64,000 nucleotides of DNA from Setoptus koraiensis (lineage: Eukaryota; Animalia; Arthropoda), in assembly GCA_048013815.1 (NCBI GenBank), contig CM106585.1, positions 17,298,001 through 17,362,000 of the forward strand, in the 5' to 3' direction. The notes under the pieces are model-generated. The model worked only from the letters and a program-made list of their open reading frames with translations. It did no database searches and was not told the origin of the DNA. The translations under genes and the position numbers were made by a program. Positions 39,412 to 48,897 of the stretch are shown in pieces. Every line of letters begins with the position of its first letter. Position 1 is the first letter of the stretch.

Positions 39412-39733
39412 ACAAGTCAATCTGTCAGAAATCAACCCCTTTTAATTAGAACTGTCAAGCTAATTGATTAAGCAAAAAGGTGTAATGAAGGGGGTGTTGA
39501 CAGCCAAGACAGTATGAATTAATCAAGCCGATTTTGAGAATTGTAAGTGTATAAGAACCCCTGTAATAGCATGTATCATGATCAGTCGAATGGTGAAGAA
39601 GTAGAACATATACTCTCACAGTATCTAATACATACACATGCGAATGAAAATTAAATAAAGTAAAGTAAAGTTTATAATACGCATTAGTCGCCGAACCATT
39701 TCATTTTTGCAGTAGAACAAATCAGTGCAATTT

Positions 39734-40965
39734 TTAGCGCTTAATTTTAATTAAGTAGCTATTCGTGTGGTGATGATGGATACGTTTATTCACGTGAGTA
39801 GAACAAGTCAGTGCAATTTTCTATCTAGGGAAAATTAGCACAAGGAAGGCATCGGGAAGCATCTCGCAGGTTTCATCATTCTAAATCTATCTAGTTTGTT
39901 AGTACAGAGAAAGCTAGGAGGCGGAGTCATTAGGTAACAATTCTACAGTGAAGGCTGAGATGCTTACTAGTCAAAATTGGAAGCAAGAATGCTAGCTGTT
40001 TACAAATTGGAATTATCACTAGGGAAGCTAGAAAGGCGAAAACTAGGTAGATTTAGTACAATAGAACGCTTAAATGTTGGTTTATTAAATTTAACACAGT
40101 AACAGCTAGGAGGCAGAATCACTAGAAAACATTGATTCAGAGAAGGCTGAGATGCAAACTAGGTGGATCTAGCAAAGTAGAAGGCTAGCTGTTGACAATT
40201 AAGATCTAGCGCACGGGAAGTTAGTAGTCCTGAAACTAGGAGATCACAGTACAGTAGAAGCTACTCAAGTTGACAAGTGTCTCGCAGCACAAGTTATGCT
40301 ATGATTGATCGAACTAGGTGAAAGTGACGAACTTGAAGCTGAGATGCCCACTAGAATGATTTAGCAGAGCAGAAAGCTACTGATTAATTAGGATCAAGTG
40401 CACGAGGATCGAATAACAGCTATCTTACATTATTGGGTCGTAATCAGCACTGTGAAAGGCACAGAACTCAGTCATGCTGAGTGAAAGCTGATGATGCACA
40501 TGCTCTCAGCCATAACAAACACAATTAATATTGTCAAAGGCACATAACTGTGCTGTACTGTGTGGAAGCTGAAGATGCACATGCTCTCAGCTATCACACA
40601 CACAATTAATACTGTCAAAGGCACATAACTCAGTCATGTTGAGTGAAAGCTGAGGATGCTCATGTTCTCAGCTATGACACACACAATTAGCACAGTCAAA
40701 GGCACATAACTTGACTGAACAGCGTCATAGCTGAGGATGCACAACTTCTCAGCTATGACACACACAATTAGCACAGTCGAAGGCACATAACTTGAATGAG
40801 CTGTGTCAGTTGTTCTCAGCAATGACACACACAATTAGCACAGTCAAAGGCACATAACTCAGTCATGCTGAGTGAAAGCTGATGATGCACATGCTCTCCG
40901 CTACAACAGACACAATTTATATTGTCAAAGGCACATACCTGTGCTGTACTGTGTGGAAACTGAGA
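39734..40965 (+). mobile_element. HINE-like element (family 3 body)
   Basis: 5' subTIR at 39736. The body is homologous to 45090-45500. 3' end not found. Confidence 0.6.
40445..40965. repeat. 81-bp tandem repeat, ~7 units
   Basis: AAGGCACA recurs at 40455, 40536, 40617, 40698, 40779, 40846 and 40927. Confidence 0.85.
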
Positions 40966-41959
40966 ACCAGAACACAACGGAATTATTTGTGGTGTGATTT
41001 GTTGTCGGAGCCATGAATCTCTCGCAAGTCAGACTGATAAATGAGCCAGCAAACACACCACCGCCGAGCGCCGCCATATAGACGCCCGCTGGCGAGACCG
41101 CCGCCGCCGATGTTTGCCTTGGCTGGCTCGTTAGCAGAGTGTCTTTATTGCTCGTTATCTCACTTCTGACTCTTGTGAGTCACAAGTTGGCTGACACTGC
41201 GAGCCGGTCGCCGGCAACGGGTACGAGTGTTGCGATACTCGCGCATTACGTGTATCGTGCGGCGGCGGCAGCAAGTTGCAACAACGGCAACAACAAGTTG
41301 CTCGCAAGTAATTGTTAGCCAGGCAAGGTTGCCAGCAATAGTCGGCAATGGAATTATGCAAGCGCTCGCCTCGCGGCGAGTGGCGTGCCTACATAAAACA
41401 ACGCCTGTCTCTAGTTTTGGCATAGAATTGTCAACATTAATATCTTGGTCACCACACAATCGATTCAGCCATCCAGCTAGATCCTCTTGGCATATAAATA
41501 TTCAACATAAGATTTGAATGGCCGAAATGGCCTAGGCTCAATGGAAGTCGATTGTCGGGTGTTGTTTAGATGGTTATTATTATGCACCCCCTCCTAGCCT
41601 TCATTCATCCATTCTATTCATGCTGATCATTTTGGCTCAACTTTTTCGCTGGAGAGAAAGATTGATGATGTGTGTTCAACATGAATTCTCCAAATAAATG
41701 ATATTTGTTAATGGAGTAATCAGTTTGAGATTACCTGTTGGTCGAATGGAAACAATTCAACTTACCTGAAATATTATTATTCCAATAGTCGATTATCAGT
41801 GGAGCGTAAAAAATTTTGCAATCATTGTTGAAGCATTGATTATGGGTTAACTTGAAAATTGAAGATTCTTCAAAAAGAATTGTATAATAATATCGTCCAT
41901 CTGCCAAACTCCCATGACCTAAAATATGAAAAGGTGGAACACAATTAAGAAACTCGTTT

Positions 41960-42707
41960 TCCTATGTAGATTCGACTTGGTCTATTATCGCTTCACTCGA
42001 AGATATTTCGTATGCAATCCTGAGGAGATTAGACTAGGTCAATTTGGTGAGGGATTCGGTGGTGACAAATCGAAATTCGAAATTGAAAATTCGAATTCCT
42101 GATAACAGTTCCATCTGCCCGTTCGATGTTCGATGGACAGAGTTCAATGGTCACAATTCGAACTTCGAAATTCGAAAATTTAAAATTCGATGAGAGTTTC
42201 AGGTGCTCGTTCGATGTTCGATGGTCCGAGTTCGATGTTCGATGGTCATAGTTCGATGGTAGCAATTCGAACTTCGAAAATTGAAAATTCGAATTCCTGG
42301 TGATAGTTTCATCTGCTCGTTCGATGATCGATGGTCAGTGTTCGATGGTCGGAGTTCGATGGTCACAATTCGAAGTTCGAATGAAATTCGAATTTCGATC
42401 GAGTCAGTCACAGTTCGATCACAAATTCGAAGATTGGAACAATTCGAGTTAATCGAACTCGAATGAAAATTCGAAATCCTGATAAGAGTTTCAGCTGCTC
42501 GTTCGATGTTCGATGATCAGAGTTCGATGGTGGTGGGCAATCAACATGTGTATCATGCTGCGATAGAATTTTGAAGAACTTATGTTTATTTGGTCGCTCC
42601 ACCAATTATTTGGTCCTCCTTTGGCTGCTCTGATTTGACATAGTTGTTTATCTCCGACATGTTATCACATACTCAGGTCTATATTCCAAGGATACTCGTT
42701 TATCCAA
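41960..42707 (+). mobile_element. HINE family-1 body, cut just before its 3' subTIR
   Basis: Block A, TTCGA satellite and block B, ending at GATACTCGTTTATCCAAA. Confidence 0.7.
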
Positions 42708-44574
42708 ACAAGTTATACTGATTATACCAGTATAAGAGCGCTTAATTTTACTAGTGAACGATCTTAGAGGTTTGGACAGTTTATTAAGTAGTGATAAGTG
42801 CTAGCTGTCTCTAGAAAGTTTCAAGAATTCATCCTGGTGAGAACAGTATCGAAAATCACACATACTGTATAGGCACATGTTCTCAATAATGGCCTATAGC
42901 GCTAATACTAAAAACAGAAAATTAATTAGACTTGCACAGATCGTGTATTAGACAGTGCTAGATGTCTCCAGGAAGCTTCGGGAATTTATCCGGATGAGAA
43001 CAGTTTCAAACATGCCACGTGATGTATGGGCATACCTGATCAGATAGAGAGACGGAAAATTGATTATGAGTTGACTGAATATCATCGAAACGGATAGGTG
43101 GGAACATGTTCAGAAATCGATGACTATACATGACATCCGTCATCCGAAATTTCTCTCTGTCTCGAAATCGACCAATTGATGGCTGATCATACTTGCACAG
43201 AATGTTGCGAGCAACATGCACAACACACACACAGAGTATCATCAAAACGGATAGGTGGGAACATGTTCAGAAATCACAATATTCACATGACATCCGTCAT
43301 CCGAAATTTCTCTCTGTCTCGAAATCGACCAATTGATGGCTGATCATACTTGCACAGAATGTGGCAAGCAACATGCACAACACACACACATAGTATCATC
43401 AAAACGGATAGGTGGGAACATGTTCAGAAACCGTGTGCTAGGAAGGTTGAGTGACTTAAGTTTCCACTCCACGCTATTTGAAATAGCTAAACCTATCTCG
43501 TTATAGCATCGATCCAATTCCCCACTATACATTAACCTCTGCATGAGCCCGAGACTTAAAATTCAATCCACCTCCCTAGTAAATGTATGTTTGGGAGGTG
43601 GACGAACTTTCGAGTCTACTTTCAAGCTTATTAAGTAGTGATAAGTGCTTACTGTCTCTAGAAAGTTTCAAGAATTCATCCTGGTGAGAACAGTTTCGAA
43701 AATCACACATACTGTATAGGCACATGTTCTCAATAATGGCCTATAGCGCTAATACTAAAAACAGAAAATTAATTAGACTTGCACAGATCGTGTATTAGAC
43801 AGTGCTAGCTGTCTCTAGAAAGTTTCGAGAATTTATCCTGGTGAGAACAGTTTCAAAATTGGCACATAATGTATGGGCACATGTGATCAGGAATCGCATG
43901 TATTGTATGAGCTCACATGATCCAGAATTGCCTATAGCGCCAATACTAGAAACAGAAAATTGATTAGACTTGCACAGATCGTGTATGGCACAGTGCTAGC
44001 TGTCTCTAGAAAGTTTCAAGAATCTATCCTGGTGAGAACAGTTTCGAAAATTGCACATACTGTGGAGGGACATGTGCCACAAAATGGCCTATAGCGCCAA
44101 TACTAGAAACAGAAAATTGGAAACCAGCAACAACAACCACCCGCAATAAACAACCAGCATCAACAGCAACAACAGGTGCCTCAGCAATAGCAACAACAAC
44201 AGCAGCAATTGCAACAAACAACAGCAGCAAAATGAGGCCCATAAGGCTCTATGACGTGTGCATCATTTGCCTGGGGCCTTTGACACGGCCACGGATGCTC
44301 CGGGACTGTGGGCACGTTTATTGCGCCACCTGCATCAGGCTCTGGATGGAGACCTCGCCCAACAATCCATTCAGGGTAGTGGATGAGACGGCCGAATTTG
44401 TGCCAATATTCGGCGTGTCCGGCCACATAATTGGATGGAGGGAAAAGCTCTATTGGGCTCCTTGTCCCGTCTGTAAAAAAATATAGAAAGTGGTATATGG
44501 TTTGTTCTACCCACGTGAATAAACGTATCCATCCGACCCACATCAATAGCTACTTAATTAAAATTAAGCGCTAA
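42708..44574 (-). mobile_element. Chimeric HINE (family-2 body, family-1/3 5' module) containing a RING ORF
   Basis: 3' hairpin and subTIR at 42712-42742, three 157-bp units, cargo at 44120-44502, and a 5' palindrome/subTIR at 44553-44572. Confidence 0.65.
44232..44486 (+). CDS. 84-aa C3HC4 RING-finger protein
   Basis: CIIC..DCGHVYCATC..(43 aa)..CPVC. Intact ATG to stop, no introns. Confidence 0.7.
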   Translation: MRPIRLYDVCIICLGPLTRPRMLRDCGHVYCATCIRLWMETSPNNPFRVVDETAEFVPIFGVSGHIIGWREKLYWAPCPVCKKI

Positions 44575-44576
44575 AA

Positions 44577-45052
44577 ACGGTATCATTGTTGTAATCTCCT
44601 CTATATAGACATGAGTCTGATTGTATCGGTCTGATTCCTAGATTGCAGATGATACCATCCAATTTCTTTTTCCAACACAGTGGGGCCTGCTTAATACCAT
44701 ACAAGGCTTTATTGAGTTTCAGGATCTTTCCTTTAGGGCAATTTACCCCTTCGGGCGTGTCGATATATATCGTTTCTTCGAGATCGCCGTTCAAAAACGC
44801 GGTGCGGACATCAAACTTGACCACGACTGCGAGGAATAGCCTTATTGTTCCCTGCCGAAGTACCGCGGCATAGGTCTCAAAGTAATCAATACCTTCCCTT
44901 TGAGCATATCCGCGCACAACCAACCTGGCTTTACATTTGTCCAGTGTACCATCATCAAGTACCTTCTTCTTAAATACCCAGCGGGTAGATAAAGTACTCT
45001 CTCCGCCGTTCTGTGTTACTATCGACCATGTTTTGTTATCAATCAGCGATTT
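44577..45052 (-). mobile_element. Ty1/Copia reverse transcriptase fragment
   Basis: STRWVFKKK, KARLVVRGYAQREGIDYFETYA, DVRTAFLNGDLEETIY and LNKALYGIKQAP. Confidence 0.9.
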
Positions 45053-45845
45053 CTAGCGCTTAATTTTAATTAAGTTGCTAAATCAGTGCAACCAACAAAT
45101 CAGTGCTATTTTTTTTCTAGAAAAATTGGTAGAGCGAAGGCGTCGGGAAGCATCTCGTAGGTTTCATCGTTCTAAATTTATCTAGTTTGTTAGTACAGGG
45201 AAAGCTAGGAGGCGGAGTCATTAGGTAACAATTATACAGTGAAGGCTGAGACGCTAACTAGTAAAAATTAGCATGCGATAATACTAGCTGTTTACAAATT
45301 GAATTTAGCACTAGGGAAGCTAGGAGTGCAAAAACTATTATTGTTAGTACAATGAAACGCTTGAATGTAGATTTTTAAAATCCAGCACACGTAAAGCTAG
45401 GAGGCGGAGTTATGAGAGAACAATAATACAGTAGAAGCTGAGACGCTAACTGGTAGAAATAAGCATGCGATAATGATATCTATTTACAAATTTGTCTCAT
45501 CAACACAAATAAATAGCACACCGCACACAGGTCTCGCACTATAACGCATAGTGCGCCATTGCTGACTTTTTGTGTCTCGAAAAATTATTTATTGTGACTA
45601 AATTGGGTATTATAAATCCACCAAATTTTGTACGCAAGCAGTCAACATGTTTATCTAGCTATATTGAAAATTTGAGAGACGTAGATCTTTTCTCCCAAAT
45701 CTCGCGGACTCGCTTCAAATAGCTCATACATTGAAATAGCAAACAACATAGAACATGTGCATCTTACAGCACATACTGTCCTATTGCCCCTCGATGTATT
45801 TATCTAGATGGTTATCTCCGACATGTCATTTTATACTCGCTTCTA
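45053..45845 (+). mobile_element. HINE-like element (family 3 body plus block B), terminal 3' hairpin missing
   Basis: 5' subTIR at 45055. 45535-45845 is homologous to the family-1 3' block. Confidence 0.65.
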
Positions 45846-46943
45846 TTTAAGGGTAAATTCGCATCCTGTTCGGCGTTCAACCTCACTTGAACAGAGCTTA
45901 AAGGATGGTTCATGGATAGAGACAACCTTGGCCGGGCACTAAATTTTCACAGTCCATTCATGTTCAATACAAGCTGGACTCAGATCAACCTAAACAACAT
46001 GAACACAATCAACGACATAAAGACTGACTGGTTGAATAACAACAAAAACCCCCATTCGTTCGATTTACTCGGTCGAAAACGCCTCTGCGACTCGAGTGAT
46101 GGCTGCCGTCATGCTCATCCAATTCATTGCGAGATGGATGATGAGAAGGCCATCTCCGAGTACGCCGCCCCCACATTCAACCACAACTCCCAGCTGATGA
46201 GGGCAGAATACGTTCCAACTCTTAGACAAATGGATGATGGCAGGGTCTGCAAATTGACCTACACAGGACCGTCATACATACATCACGACCATGAGAATGG
46301 ATGCAGAGTCTTTTTAGACAAATTTCCAACCAAGAACATGGGATTGGATGACGAAATCTGTGAGAGAGACTTAGTCTCGGACCAAACAGTCCCTTGGAAG
46401 ATCGACTTCTGCGTCAATAATTTGGGAGATTTCGAAAAGCTTGTCAGTGTTTAAGTGGCCGAAGAAGAGGATGAGACAATAGTTTATTGTTATCCTAGAG
46501 AGATGACAATCGATGGTCGTCCACATCCTTGTCCACCGTACCCCTTTTCCGTGAGCAAAAAACGCTTGTTGACAATCGAAGGTAAGAAATGTATCAATAG
46601 CAATGCCATACGGGGCAAATCAATGAATTCAGTTGATGTTTATTCAGCTCCAATCGATACATTTTCAACTCACATAGGTATTGATCCTATTGATAGTGGA
46701 TCGAGAGTTGTCATCACAACAAAGGATCAATTCGGCCCAACTGTCATCACAGTTGTCCTCATAGTACTATTTTCGATATTGGCTGTCGCTATCGTACTCA
46801 TCGTAAGGAATTTCAGATGGAAACTGAGAAAGGTACAAGATTCTGTGGTCAGAATGCAAAGAAGAGAGGTGGTGAGGAGGTCTATTCGATACAGCTATAT
46901 TGAAATGTACACAATAATAAGCATATTGAAAATTTTGCATTAA
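45846..46943 (+). pseudogene. Envelope-like type-I membrane glycoprotein fragment
   Basis: One frame with in-frame stops (TGA ~45886, TAA 46452-46454), 10 Cys downstream of the 45912 ATG, N-glycosylation sequons, a single TM helix (TVITVVLIVLFSILAVAIVLIV) and a basic tail. Confidence 0.55.
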
Positions 46944-46991
46944 AACTTGCTTCAGTGTCTATAGTATCTATATTTTCGTGTTGATAATTAT

Positions 46992-47070
46992 GTGCACATT
47001 GATCGTCGAAATAATTGCACATTGATCGTCGAAGGGTGTGCACATTGATCGTCGAAATATGTGCACATTA
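46992..47070. repeat. ~24-bp tandem repeat x3 (TGCACATTGATCGTCGAA core)
   Basis: Directly visible. Confidence 0.8.
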
Positions 47071-47441
47071 TTAGAATGAGCGCTCAATACGAACGTGCTC
47101 TGTGCAGTAGTGATGGGGGGAGCCCCCTCCTCCCGGCCGGGAGGAGGAAGCAAGCCCCGGGAGCTGTAGCTCCTCCTAGCTCCCCCTGGCCGATCTCGCA
47201 CACTAAAAAGTACAGGGTGCACAGAAAAGACGGTCGTAAAATCACATTAAAAGTATCGGTTTTTTATTCAAAGATTATCGCACGGCCTGTATTTTATCCT
47301 GCTCGAATCTTAAGATCAACCATGGTATCGATAAAAAATGCCAGGAACGATTTCTTATTATATCTTGATTTCAGGCAAACGATGATCGCGAGGGTTACCA
47401 TGAAGATGAGTACCAAACCAATAAAAATTATAAGTCGTGTC

Positions 47442-47700
47442 GGTTATTGTATCTAACACGTACCACGCCCAATTTGGGTATTTTGGGTATTTCTAGGTAG
47501 AGTATGATGCCTTGAGACCGGAAAAGGTATTCCGGAAGTGCGGAAATTCTTCGTTACCGAGATAGCCGAGGTACCGCATTGTGGGTATTTTAGGGTATTT
47601 GAGGGTATATTGACGGTACAATCGGTCGTACCCACCCGCACGGACATCGGGTAGGGTACTGAGGTCTCCACACCGAGGGTAGATCATTTCTATGAGCCAC
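47442..47700 (-). mobile_element. MITE arm (same family as 49593-50500)
   Basis: GGTTATTGTATCTAACACGTACC TIR. The body is the reverse complement of ~50340-50500. Confidence 0.7.
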
Positions 47701-47711
47701 AGGAAATGAAT

Positions 47712-48826
47712 ACAAGTGATACTGATTCAATCAGTATCTCGAGCGCTCAATTTTTTGGATAAACGAGTATCCTTGGAACATAGACCGGAGTATGTGATAA
47801 CATGTCGGAGATAAACAACTATGCTTGTCAGATCAGAGCAGCCGAGGAGCGATCAAATAAATACAAGTTCTTCAAATTTCTATCGCAGCATGATACACAT
47901 GTTGATTGCCCACCACTATCGAAATCTGATCATCGAACTTCAACGAAGCAGATGAAACTATCATCAGGAAATCGAATTTTCAATTTCGAATTTCGAAGTT
48001 CGAGTTGTGACCATCGAACTTCCAATTGTAACCATCGAACTTCGGACACTGAACTACGAACATTGACGGAGCAGCTGAAACTATCATCAGAAAATCGAAT
48101 TTTCAATTTCGAATTTCGGACTTCGAATTGTGACCATCGAGCTCTGACCACGGAACTCTGACCACGGAACTCTGACCATCGAACATAGAACAAGCATCTG
48201 AAACTCTCATCAGGAATTCTAATTTCGAAGTTCGAATTGTGACCATCGAATTCTGACCATCGAACTGAGAACTGTGACCATCGAACATCGAACGAGCAGA
48301 TGAAACTATCATTGGGAATTCAAATTTTCAATTTTCGAATTTTGAATTTTGAAGTTCGAAGTTCGAATTGTGACCATCGAATTGTGACTATCGAACATCA
48401 AACTCTGACCATCGAACATCGAACGAGCAGCTGTAACTCTTATCAGAAATCCGAATTTTCAATTTCGAATTTCGAAGTTCGAATTGCGACCATCGAATTG
48501 TGACCACCGAACTCTGACCATCGAACATCGAACGAGCAGGCGAAACTATCATTAGGAATTCGAATTTTCAATTTTGAAGTTCGATTTGTCACCACCGAAC
48601 TCCGCACAAATGTGACCTTGTCAAATCTCCATAGGATTGCATACAAAATATTTTCGAGTGAAGCGATAATAGACCAAGTCGAATCTACATAGGAATACAT
48701 GTGTTATGTCTAGCAGGATTCTCACAAATTTGACTAAGTCAAACCTCCATAGGATTACATAGTCACGTGAATAAACGTAGAGCCCAGAACCATCCCAATA
48801 GCTGCTTAATTAAAATTAAGCGCTAA
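47712..48826 (-). mobile_element. Complete HINE family-1 copy
   Basis: Hairpin 47718-47738, subTIR 47742, satellite, and 5' palindrome/subTIR 48804-48824. Confidence 0.8.
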
Positions 48827-48897
48827 TAAGCGCTAATAATTATTATCTTGCTGCACTTATTATTATGAAATAAAATTATTATTAACTTGGTTTAAAC

